From Pseudomonadota bacterium (GTDB lineage: Bacteria; Pseudomonadota; Alphaproteobacteria; Sphingomonadales; SMXR01): 64,000 nucleotides of DNA. The stretch is from the NCBI GenBank assembly GCA_022574255.1, contig JACZSK010000003.1, forward strand, positions 7,270 through 71,269, read 5' to 3'. The position numbers and the translations under genes are program-made. Shown piece by piece: positions 54,524-63,058 of this stretch (positions are counted from its first letter, which is position 1; the number at the start of each line of letters is the position of its first letter). The notes under the pieces are model-generated. The model was given only the letters and a program-made list of their open reading frames with translations. It searched no databases and had not been told where the DNA came from.

Positions 54524-55033
54524 ATGAGCACAGATAATTCGCGGGCCGCAAGGCTGCTGGGCCTGAGCGACAAGGATCTTCTGCTGATTCTTACTGCCGG
54601 CGTGATCGGCGAAATCATGCTGGAGATATTTGCCTGGGTGGTGGTGCCTGAAATCGCCGGGCGGCCCATGCGCCCCGATATTCTGGTCTCTGACCTGGCA
54701 CGTTCGCTGGCCGGCATAGAAATGTGGCGACCGCTGGCCATCAGCATTCACCTGGGCCTGGGCGTGGCGGTTTTTCCCCTCATTTATCTGAAGCTGCGCC
54801 GGGCCTTTGCGGGCGTATCCTGGCTCTTGATGGCGTCCCTGGTCGGGCTGGCCCTGTGGGCAATTGCGCAGACCACACTGGCGCCGCTGGCCGGGCGACC
54901 GTTCATGCTCGGCTTCGATCCGACCTGGGGCTTCAATACCTACACCTGGGCGTCACTGATCGCTCATGCCCTGCTGATGATCGTTATCGCAGCCGCATAT
55001 GAGCGGCTGGCGCGCCGGTTCAGCGACCTGTGA
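54524..55033 (+). CDS. Hypothetical integral membrane protein (4 predicted TM helices)
   Basis: 169 aa. GGAGGGA SD. Hydrophobic segments. First gene of an operon that ends with TRAP DctQM. I recognise no family. Confidence 0.5.
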   Translation: MSTDNSRAARLLGLSDKDLLLILTAGVIGEIMLEIFAWVVVPEIAGRPMRPDILVSDLARSLAGIEMWRPLAISIHLGLGVAVFPLIYLKLRRAFAGVSWLLMASLVGLALWAIAQTTLAPLAGRPFMLGFDPTWGFNTYTWASLIAHALLMIVIAAAYERLARRFSDL

Positions 55034-55560
55034 TCGCCCGGTCGATGCAATACGGATTTTTGCCGGCGCTTTTGGTGCTGCTGTTGGTCGTGCAGGTTGC
55101 CGGAGCGGGTGAGAACGAGGCGTTGGAATTCCGGCGCATCGATCCCCCGACGCTGAACCGCCATCCTTTTTATTCGCAGGTCACGGTGGTGCAGGGCGAC
55201 GCCAAACATATCTATGTGGCGGGGCAGACCGACCGGGCGGTCGATTACAAGTTCGGCGACAATGCCTGCCGTCACGACGACTGGCGCGGGCAATATATCG
55301 GCGTCCATGAAAATGTCGGCAAGGCGCTGGCCGCCGCGGGAGCCACATGGGACGACGTGGTTTTCATCCGCCGCTTTGTCACCGATATGAAGGGGTTCCG
55401 CAGCGTCATGGGCGACAAGGAAAACCCGCCGCCAAAGCTGTGGAAGAATCGCCGCCCGCCGCCATCCACATTGATTCAGGTGGTAGCCCTTTCCGAACCC
55501 TGCCAGTTGCTTGAGGTAGACGTGTTTGCGGTGGTTACCGAAGACTCGGCGTCGGAGTGA
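55030..55560 (+). CDS. RidA/YjgF/L-PSP-family protein with a predicted signal peptide
   Basis: The GTG start overlaps the upstream stop; ATG 55045 is an alternative. The N-terminus MQYGFLPALLVLLLVVQVAGA is signal-like. RidA-like core IYVAGQTD...NVGKALAAAGATWDDVVFIRRFVTDM...PPSTLIQVVALSEP.LLEVDVFAV. Confidence 0.65.
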   Translation: MIARSMQYGFLPALLVLLLVVQVAGAGENEALEFRRIDPPTLNRHPFYSQVTVVQGDAKHIYVAGQTDRAVDYKFGDNACRHDDWRGQYIGVHENVGKALAAAGATWDDVVFIRRFVTDMKGFRSVMGDKENPPPKLWKNRRPPPSTLIQVVALSEPCQLLEVDVFAVVTEDSASE

Positions 55561-56399
55561 CAGGCCCGCGATCTCTCCCCGGGTCACTGCGCCACCTCTT
55601 TGCCGGTCTCGCGGGTGTTGTTTTTTGCTATTCCCTTGCCCTGCCGGTGCTGGCTCAGGAATCCGGCGCCGGGTCCAACAGCGCTAACTGGGCGATCAAC
55701 GAAATTCACTTCCAGTATGGCCGCCTGAAAAACCCGACCTTCGCGGGCGGCGGGTCCAGCGACACCTATACGGTGACCTGGCAGCATGTCAGCCGTTTGG
55801 GATTTCTCGACAATTTCTGGTTTGTCGATGCCAGGGCCCCCGAGGGTGGCGAAAAGGATATTTACCTGGAAGTCTATACCACCGCCAGTCTGGGCCGGCT
55901 GACGGGAAAGTCATTTTCCTTCGGCCCGATCCGCGATATGGGGCCGCGCGTCGCCATTAACTGGGGTGCAAAAACCAATATCCGTAAATATCTGGCGGGC
56001 TGGCGCCTGAGCTGGAACATCCCCGGCTTCACAATCCTGAATACCGATTTTTACGCATTTTTTGACGACAGTGGCGGGCTCGCCTCGGGCGGTGTGCCCA
56101 AACAGACCGACAGTTGGCAGGCCGATCTGAACTGGGTCTATCCAATTCGCTGGGGCTCGCAGCGTTTCTCGGTGGAGGGCCATTTTGAATATACCGGCCA
56201 GCGCCGCAACGAGTTGGGAGCCCGCGTCGCCCGCAGCCTGCTGGGGCAGCCGCAGTTTCGCTTCGACCTGGGCAATGCAATGCTTGGCAAGCCGGATAAA
56301 TTGTTTGTCGGCATCGAACTGCTGATCTGGCTGAACAAGCTGGGCGACGCGGCCACCGACGAAGCCCGCGTTCAGGCTCTGGTCGCCTGGCGCTTTTGA
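55557..56399 (+). CDS. Tsx/OmpK-family outer-membrane channel
   Basis: GTGA start/stop overlap. Signal peptide ...LPVLAQE. SLGRLTGKSFSFGPIRDM aligns with OmpK SLDAVTGKDLSFGPVQEL. Ends ...ALVAWRF. Confidence 0.65.
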   Translation: MTGPRSLPGSLRHLFAGLAGVVFCYSLALPVLAQESGAGSNSANWAINEIHFQYGRLKNPTFAGGGSSDTYTVTWQHVSRLGFLDNFWFVDARAPEGGEKDIYLEVYTTASLGRLTGKSFSFGPIRDMGPRVAINWGAKTNIRKYLAGWRLSWNIPGFTILNTDFYAFFDDSGGLASGGVPKQTDSWQADLNWVYPIRWGSQRFSVEGHFEYTGQRRNELGARVARSLLGQPQFRFDLGNAMLGKPDKLFVGIELLIWLNKLGDAATDEARVQALVAWRF

Positions 56400-56419
56400 A
56401 TGTAGAATAGGGGGTCTTG

Positions 56420-56950
56420 ATGGCCATAATATACAAGGGGGGGAACGGCGTGATCGGCAGGCTGGCCAAGGCAATCCATATTGTGTCTGCCTTCTGGGTG
56501 GTCGTGCTGGCCCTGATTATTTTCGTCGATGTGACGGGCCGGTATCTTTTCAGTTACCCCCTGTTGGGCGCCGCCGAGGTGATCAAGAATTCCGTTGTCT
56601 CGGTGACTTTCCTGCAGCTGCCGCTGGCTATCTACCGGGGCGGCATGATCCGCACGACCATACTGTATGATGCGGTCGGAGCCGGCGGCAAGCGCGCCAT
56701 TCGCACCTTCGCCAATATTCTGGGCCTGCTTTTCTTTTTCGCCACTGCCTACTCGTCTTGGGACCCCGCTATCGAGGCCTGGGGCATCGGCGAATATGAG
56801 GGCGAGGGCGCGCTGCGTGTGCCGACCTATCCGGTGCGGTTTCTGGTGGCGCTGACCTCGGCCTTCGCCGCTTTCATCTATCTGTATCTCATATACCTGG
56901 ACTGGACCGGCCAACTGGACGGCGAGAGCGGAGAGATCGTTGGTGCTTGA
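56420..56950 (+). CDS. TRAP transporter small permease (DctQ family)
   Basis: ATG 56420 lies 5 nt after a GGGGG SD (the track start is TTG 56417). 4 TM helices. ...FVDVTGRYLF..PL.GA.E... is typical of DctQ. Confidence 0.8.
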   Translation: MAIIYKGGNGVIGRLAKAIHIVSAFWVVVLALIIFVDVTGRYLFSYPLLGAAEVIKNSVVSVTFLQLPLAIYRGGMIRTTILYDAVGAGGKRAIRTFANILGLLFFFATAYSSWDPAIEAWGIGEYEGEGALRVPTYPVRFLVALTSAFAAFIYLYLIYLDWTGQLDGESGEIVGA

Positions 56951-56989
56951 TTCGGCGGAAATTTATGAACAGCGCAGGAGTAGTGTGTA

Positions 56990-58306
56990 GTGGGTCCGGA
57001 AGTCATTTTTTATTCATTGGGGATGCTGATCGTCCTGGTGCTGATGGGCGTGCATATTGGCATTGCCCTGGGGGTGACCAGCGCCGTCGGCGTTTATCTG
57101 ATTTTCGACAATTTCGATATTGCCATGTCGATCCTGGGCTCGACCGCCTACGAGGCTGTGCGCAGCCATGCGCTGGCGGTTATCCCGCTGTTCGTGCTGA
57201 TGGGTGAACTGGTCAGCCGATCCGGCGCCGCAACGTCCCTGTATACCCTTTGTGACCGCGCCATGGGCCGGCTGCCGGGCCGCCTGGCTGCCGCGACGGT
57301 GGTGGGCAACACCGCTTTTGCCGCCGTGTCCGGGGTGGCCATCGCCTCCGCGGCCACCTTCAGCCGCATCGCCTACCCGGAAATGAAGCGGCAGGGATAC
57401 GCTAATTCATACGCGCTGGGTGTGATCACCGGCAGCGCCTGCCTGGGCATGCTTATCCCGCCCAGCGTGTTGCTCATTATCTGGGCCATATTGACCGAGG
57501 GTTCGGTCGGTGCGCTGTTTATCGGCGGGGTGGTGCCGGGCATTCTGCTGGGCATAATTTTCATCGCCTATTGCGTTTTAGCGGCGATGCGAAACCCGGA
57601 AATCGCGCCGGGCACCGCACCGGGCGACAAACTTGAAAAGCAGGATCAGGACGTCAGCGTCCAGCGCGGCGGGCTGGGCGTTCTGGGGTTGATCATTGTT
57701 GTCCTTGGCGGCATATGGGGCGGGATTTTCACGCCCACCGAGGCGGCCGGTTTCGGGGTTCTGGGCAGCGCCGTGATCGGCTGGCTGAACGGCATGCGCT
57801 ACCGCGCTTTCATGGACGCTATTTACGACGCTGGCCGGTCGACGGCGCCGATCATGTTTCTGCTCATCACCGGTTCCATGTATGCCCGGCTGCTGGCCTT
57901 GAGCGGCGGCATCGACATGATCCAGGACCTGTTCACCGATGCCGGGCTGTCGATCTTCGCCATGATGCTGATCATGACACTGGTCTGGCTGCTGCTGGGC
58001 GCGCTGATCGACTCTATTTCCGTCATCTTGATGACCGTGCCGATCTTCTTCCCCATCGCCATGGCGGCGGGCCTCGACGAAATTGCTTTCGCCATTTACG
58101 GCATCCTGATTATCGAAGCGGGACTACTGACCCCGCCGGTCGGCCTGCTGGTGTTCACGGTCAAGGCGGCGGTGCCCGACCCGTCGGTGACACTGGGCGA
58201 AATATTCAGGGGCTCCGTGCCCTACTGGATCATGATGCTGGCGGTGGCGGTTTTGATCTTGCTGGTTCCGGAAATTGCCAGCTGGCTGCCGGGAAAGATG
58301 TTCTAG
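56990..58306 (+). CDS. TRAP transporter large permease (DctM family)
   Basis: 438 aa and polytopic. DctM-like blocks (AIPLFVLMGEL, SGVAIASAATFSRIAYPEM, GMLIPPSV). Confidence 0.9.
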   Translation: MGPEVIFYSLGMLIVLVLMGVHIGIALGVTSAVGVYLIFDNFDIAMSILGSTAYEAVRSHALAVIPLFVLMGELVSRSGAATSLYTLCDRAMGRLPGRLAAATVVGNTAFAAVSGVAIASAATFSRIAYPEMKRQGYANSYALGVITGSACLGMLIPPSVLLIIWAILTEGSVGALFIGGVVPGILLGIIFIAYCVLAAMRNPEIAPGTAPGDKLEKQDQDVSVQRGGLGVLGLIIVVLGGIWGGIFTPTEAAGFGVLGSAVIGWLNGMRYRAFMDAIYDAGRSTAPIMFLLITGSMYARLLALSGGIDMIQDLFTDAGLSIFAMMLIMTLVWLLLGALIDSISVILMTVPIFFPIAMAAGLDEIAFAIYGILIIEAGLLTPPVGLLVFTVKAAVPDPSVTLGEIFRGSVPYWIMMLAVAVLILLVPEIASWLPGKMF

Positions 58307-58316
58307 GGCCCAGACC

Positions 58317-60017
58317 CTAAAATTCACCAAACACAAGGCGCCCGCCGACCATGGTGGCGAGGGGGCGGATATCCTTGATCTGGTCCACCGGAACGGTCAG
58401 GTAATCGCGGTCCAGCACCACCAGATCGGCCAGCATGCCCGGCGCGATGGAGCCCAGGTTTTCCTCCTGAAAGGTCAGCAGGGCGTTAGACCGGGTCATG
58501 GCGATCAGCGCCTCTTCGCGGGTTAAAACCTCCTTGCTGGTCACATTGCCATTGAGCATTTTCCCGGTCACCGCCCACCAGAGAGTAACGAAGGGGTTGA
58601 TCTGCGCGGCTTTTGTGCCGTCGGTGCCGAGGCCAAAGTCGATGCCGCTGTCCTGCACCAGCCGCAAAGGGGGCATGTGATATCCGGCTTCGCCGTAAGC
58701 GGCGGTTATTTCTTTCTGCCCGCCGATAACCCGCTGGCTGCGCAATTGCAGATTCATGCCCAGCGCCCGTGCCCGCTCAATCTGGGCGGCGCCGATATTG
58801 TCGGCGTGGGTCACCGACCATCTGAGAGGGCGCAGCGGATGGGTTTTGTTGATCTCTTCCATGACCGTCAGCAACCGGTCCAGATTGGCCGGGTGAATGG
58901 CATGGGTCTGCACCGGCCAGCCAGCGGCGGCGGCGGCCAACAATATTTCGTGGCCCATTGCAATGTCCGCACTGCCGGGGTTCACCTTCCGAGTCATCTG
59001 GTCCCAGTGGAATGCGGGATAATAAACTTCTCCCATGGCGATCTGGTTGAACCACACATCGCCCTGAAAGGGGCGCGTGCTGCGGATTACTTCAATGAAT
59101 TCACGGGCCTTTTCCGGCGTGTTGATGACCAGCCCGCCCCACAGGGTGTAATAGACTCGAAGTGACAGCTTACCGGCGTCGGCTAGTGTCGCGAAGCGTT
59201 GGTAGCTGGCGGGGTTGATCCCTGATCCGCCGGGGTCGAATACCGTCGTCAGGCCTAAACTATTCAGGTAGCCCAGCATGGCGGCGATGCCTTCGAACTG
59301 CTCGGCCTCGTCGACCGCCGGAAAGCGCTGCATGGCGCGAATGATCATGGGAAAGCCGCCGTTGAGCCGCCCCGTTGCCCGGCCATTGGCGTCGCGTACC
59401 ACATCGCCGGCCAGTCCAGCCGCACCGGAGGTTTCCGCCGCCGGGGCCACCACCGGTATGCCCATGGCGCGTAGCCAGGCCGAATTCACCAGCGCATGGT
59501 CGTACATGGCCTGCATGAACAGGGGATTGCCGGGTGCCACCCCATCCAGTTCGGCCAAGGTGAAGCTGTCGTTACTGTCAGTGAACTGATCTTCATACCA
59601 GCCACCCAGCGAGAATATCCACTTTCCGTTTGCCAGCGTCGCTGCCCGGGCGGCCAGCAGCGCAAGGGTATTTTTGCGGCTCGCCACCCCGTCCAGCCGC
59701 ACTTCGCTGGCCCAATATTCGGTGGCACGAATGATGTGACTGTGATTGTCGATCAGGCCGGGGATAACCGTCCGCCCGCTCAAATCGATAATGCGGGTAT
59801 CGGGCCCGGCCAGGGCGGTGAGTGTCTCGCTGTCGCCGACGGCGGTGATCCGCTGGCCGCGAATTGCCACGGCCTGCGCAATTGAGAAACCGGCATCCAC
59901 CGTGACGATTTTTCCGTTCGTCAATATCAGGTCCGGTTCACTGCCGGCCGAGGCAATAGCGGCTGATGCCGCCAGCAGGCACGCGGCCCCGGCCAACAGT
60001 GTTCTGATAAATTTCAC
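58317..60017 (-). CDS. Amidohydrolase-3 (YtcJ-like) family metal-dependent hydrolase, periplasmic
   Basis: 566 aa. Signal peptide (MKFIRTLLAGAACLLAASAAIASA). PGLIDNHSH metal motif. C-terminal ...GSIAPGMLADLVVLD. GTG start. Confidence 0.8.
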   Translation of the reverse strand: MKFIRTLLAGAACLLAASAAIASAGSEPDLILTNGKIVTVDAGFSIAQAVAIRGQRITAVGDSETLTALAGPDTRIIDLSGRTVIPGLIDNHSHIIRATEYWASEVRLDGVASRKNTLALLAARAATLANGKWIFSLGGWYEDQFTDSNDSFTLAELDGVAPGNPLFMQAMYDHALVNSAWLRAMGIPVVAPAAETSGAAGLAGDVVRDANGRATGRLNGGFPMIIRAMQRFPAVDEAEQFEGIAAMLGYLNSLGLTTVFDPGGSGINPASYQRFATLADAGKLSLRVYYTLWGGLVINTPEKAREFIEVIRSTRPFQGDVWFNQIAMGEVYYPAFHWDQMTRKVNPGSADIAMGHEILLAAAAAGWPVQTHAIHPANLDRLLTVMEEINKTHPLRPLRWSVTHADNIGAAQIERARALGMNLQLRSQRVIGGQKEITAAYGEAGYHMPPLRLVQDSGIDFGLGTDGTKAAQINPFVTLWWAVTGKMLNGNVTSKEVLTREEALIAMTRSNALLTFQEENLGSIAPGMLADLVVLDRDYLTVPVDQIKDIRPLATMVGGRLVFGEF

Positions 60018-60032
60018 TTGCGATATTCCCGG

Positions 60033-60419
60033 TTATGTATTGCCGGCGCGTTTCAGGCCGATGGTGCTGAAAAGGGCCGCCAATATCCACAGCGCTGGGC
60101 CAACAAGACCCGGCCCCAGCGGAAAATATCCGGGCAGCAGCAGCAAGACAATAAATCCAATATCCGCAAGACTGACCAAGCCCAGGTTAAGCCAGTAGCC
60201 GAAGCGGTCGTTGTTCCAGTTCAGCCTGGCCGCGATGGCAATTGTTGCGCTGGCGATGATCGCCAGGTTCAGCCCGGCCTGCGCCATTCTTGCCGCCAGC
60301 GCCGGATCGGAAATTCCGCCGGACAGCTTGTAAATCTGAAACCCGGCAAAAAGATGCAGCAGGCCCCACACCACATACAGTGCCCCGCCAATCTTGTGCG
60401 CGCCAATTCTTTGCATCAT
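60033..60419 (-). CDS. Hypothetical small integral membrane protein (4 TM)
   Basis: 128 aa. GGGAGA SD. Lies between the TonB-dependent receptor and the amidohydrolase on the same strand. I recognise no family. Confidence 0.5.
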   Translation of the reverse strand: MMQRIGAHKIGGALYVVWGLLHLFAGFQIYKLSGGISDPALAARMAQAGLNLAIIASATIAIAARLNWNNDRFGYWLNLGLVSLADIGFIVLLLLPGYFPLGPGLVGPALWILAALFSTIGLKRAGNT

Positions 60420-60492
60420 GTCCTGTCTCCCGCAAACGAAGCGACCGGCGCCCCCGTGGACACCGGCTCTTCGTCCGTATCAAATAATCGGC

Positions 60493-62916
60493 CTAGAAAC
60501 GTTTGGTGATTTCAACGCCCCACTCCCTGAGCTTGCCATAGAAAAACAGTCCGCTGGGGTTAAAGCCCTCGGCGAAATAATTCTCATTGCTCAGGTTCTT
60601 GGACCAGACGGCAACCTGGAGACCCTCGCCGAAATTCAGGCCGGCACGGGCGCTGAACAGGTTCAGCGGATCCCGCTTGGAGAAGTTCTCAGGTACGAAG
60701 AAAAGGCTGCCGATGCGCTGGTAATCGGCGCGCAGGAAGATGCTGCCTTCGCCGGATCCAATTGTTATCGGCCGCTCATACTGTACGCCGACATTCGCGG
60801 TGGTCCTTGGCGTTTGCGGCGCCCAGTTTCCGACCAATCCGCGGGCGCTGTCTTTGGTCACCTCGGAATTGGTATAACCATAACTGGCCGACACTGACAG
60901 GCCCTCGGCCAGCAGCAATGTCGCGTCTATCTCAACGCCGTACAATTCAACCTCGTCTATCGGAATAATAATTTGCGACGCGGCCAGGAAGGCGTTGAAG
61001 GTAAAGGTCTGATAGTCGTCAACTATGGTGTAGAAGGCCGCCGCATTGACCACAAACCGGCCGTTCAGAGAATTGTATTTGATGCCGCCTTCGAAGCTCT
61101 TGGTCTCCTGCTTGGCGAAAAGATCCTCGACGCCCAGCGGGATGTTGTCTTCTCCCAGTATCGGCCTGAGGAAGTTTGCCCGATCACCGATGCCAGGCCG
61201 GTTAAATCCGCCGCTGCGGAAACCCTGGGCATAGGTCACATAGGTCGTAATGTTTTCCCGCGGCATCCAGCGCAGGGTTATCTTTGGCTGAAACGAGTCG
61301 AATGTGGCCGAGCGCGTGTCGCCAAAGGCCAGGTCGGTCGGGAATGCCAGGAACTGGTCCGGCGTCAGGATTGTCTGCTTCCTCTTGTCGCTGTCGTAGC
61401 GCAGAGAAACCGACAGCTCAAGTGTCTCGGAAACGTCATAGTTGAACTGCGCGAACACGGCAAAGGCGGTGTTGCTGGCGTCATCGCCGTCAAAGCTCAT
61501 GACGCAGTTGCCCTGGTTGTCGCCGGCACTTCCCGGTGGCAACGGCGATGCGACGCAGACCCCGGGGGTTATGGCGAAGGGATCCCGGGTGACGAAATCC
61601 ACCAGCGAATCGATGCCGTCAAAGTCACGCTGCACCGTGGTCGACAGAAAAGCGTCTGTTGCCACGAAATAGGCGCCCACGATCCAGCGGAAATCCTGCT
61701 CGTCAGGCGAGGTCAGCCGTATCTCCTGGCTCCAGGCCTCCGTATTGCGGTACTGCGAGTTTTTCTGCGAGGCAATGGCTGTGCGCGGTGGCTGCTCGCC
61801 CATCGCCTTGTTGGTTACCTTGTCCCAGGATGAGGTAGAGGTCAGCGTGCCGACTTCCAGGTCCCAGTTCATCAGCAGCGAAATATTATAAAGCCGACGA
61901 CGATCAATACCGTTCAGATTGTTCTGCAGCGGCACCGTAGTGTTGTTGATATTGCCGACGCCGATGGGGATCGGCTGGTTGAAGGGGTCGTCGAAGAAGC
62001 TTCTGTCGCCGCCGACGACCGGCCCGGCCGAAGCCAGCCCGCAGGTCGGGCCAGGACATGAGAAGGCGCCGATCGCCACGCCCAGGGAAACGCCCGAGCC
62101 GGGGGCGGTCTCGTGAAAGATGGCCGAGACATCGGTAAACTGCAGCGCGTTGGTATTATCGTCGGAAAAAGAGACCCTCAGATCGGCCTCGAATTTGTCG
62201 CTTTTCTCCCACAGCAACCTGCCGCGCGCCGAGACATTCTCTGCCTTGTCTGCGTTCACGCCGGTGGTGATATTTTCACGCAGGCCATCTGTGTTGTAGT
62301 AGGACACAGCCACCCGGCCATACAGCGAGTCCTCGATAATCGGGCCGCTGATCGCCGCCTGGCCTTTGAACGACTGACCATTTCCGTATCCGGCGCGGAC
62401 AAATCCCTCGAGTTCATTGGTCGGGCGCTTTGTGGTGATGTTGATGGCGCCGGCCATGGCGTTGCGGCCATAGAGCGCGCCCTGCGGGCCCTTCAGAACT
62501 TCGATCTGCTGGATATCAAAAAGTTCCTGCGACATTCCTATGGGTGAGGTCGACAAAACACCATCAATCACCACGGCGACCGACGAGTCGAGGTTACGCA
62601 TCTGGGTAATGCCGCGGATGTTCACAAAGGTGAAACCGGAATTCTGTGTTTCGACAAGGAAGAAATTGGGAATAATCTTGGCGTAATCCCGCATGCTCGA
62701 AACACCCATATTGTCCAGGTCGTCTGCAGTAAACGCAGTAATGGTCGCCGGCACATCCTGCAAATTCTCGCCGCGCTTACGGGCCGTTACAATAATTTCC
62801 TCTATTGCGAATGCGCCGTCGCCGCTGGACTGGGCATAAGCGGAATCAGCATTGACGGTCAGCGCTGCAACAGCACAGCCAGCCAACAACGTTGTGACAA
62901 AATTTCGCGAGATCAT
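60493..62916 (-). CDS. TonB-dependent receptor (second copy in the window)
   Basis: The track ORF runs to 63132. ATG 62916 gives the signal peptide MISRNFVTTLLAGCAVAALTVNADSAYAQ, with a purine-rich SD (GGGGGAGG) just upstream. Plug motifs (IIVTARKRGENLQDVPATITA, IEVLKGPQGALYGRNA). Ends ...GVEITKRF. Confidence 0.9.
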   Translation of the reverse strand: MISRNFVTTLLAGCAVAALTVNADSAYAQSSGDGAFAIEEIIVTARKRGENLQDVPATITAFTADDLDNMGVSSMRDYAKIIPNFFLVETQNSGFTFVNIRGITQMRNLDSSVAVVIDGVLSTSPIGMSQELFDIQQIEVLKGPQGALYGRNAMAGAINITTKRPTNELEGFVRAGYGNGQSFKGQAAISGPIIEDSLYGRVAVSYYNTDGLRENITTGVNADKAENVSARGRLLWEKSDKFEADLRVSFSDDNTNALQFTDVSAIFHETAPGSGVSLGVAIGAFSCPGPTCGLASAGPVVGGDRSFFDDPFNQPIPIGVGNINNTTVPLQNNLNGIDRRRLYNISLLMNWDLEVGTLTSTSSWDKVTNKAMGEQPPRTAIASQKNSQYRNTEAWSQEIRLTSPDEQDFRWIVGAYFVATDAFLSTTVQRDFDGIDSLVDFVTRDPFAITPGVCVASPLPPGSAGDNQGNCVMSFDGDDASNTAFAVFAQFNYDVSETLELSVSLRYDSDKRKQTILTPDQFLAFPTDLAFGDTRSATFDSFQPKITLRWMPRENITTYVTYAQGFRSGGFNRPGIGDRANFLRPILGEDNIPLGVEDLFAKQETKSFEGGIKYNSLNGRFVVNAAAFYTIVDDYQTFTFNAFLAASQIIIPIDEVELYGVEIDATLLLAEGLSVSASYGYTNSEVTKDSARGLVGNWAPQTPRTTANVGVQYERPITIGSGEGSIFLRADYQRIGSLFFVPENFSKRDPLNLFSARAGLNFGEGLQVAVWSKNLSNENYFAEGFNPSGLFFYGKLREWGVEITKRF

Positions 62917-62998
62917 GAGCCTCCCCCTGGTGTTTTTTCCCTGTACTTCCAAATTTTGATATCTGGAACTAAGCCCCTTATAGCAACAGATCACCGTA

Positions 62999-63014
62999 AT
63001 GCAAACGTTTGCAT
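62999..63014. promoter_or_regulatory. Operator-like palindrome copy 9: ATGCAAACGTTTGCAT (perfect 16-mer)
   Basis: 84 bp upstream of the second TonB-dependent receptor ATG at 62916. Confidence 0.7.
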
Positions 63015-63044
63015 ATTTTAAGTCAAAGCCTCCGTGCAAAAGAT

Positions 63045-63058
63045 TGCAAACGATTGCG
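63045..63058. promoter_or_regulatory. Operator-like palindrome copy 10: TGCAAACGATTGCG (one mismatch)
   Basis: 45 bp centre-to-centre from copy 9, in the same upstream region. Confidence 0.55.
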
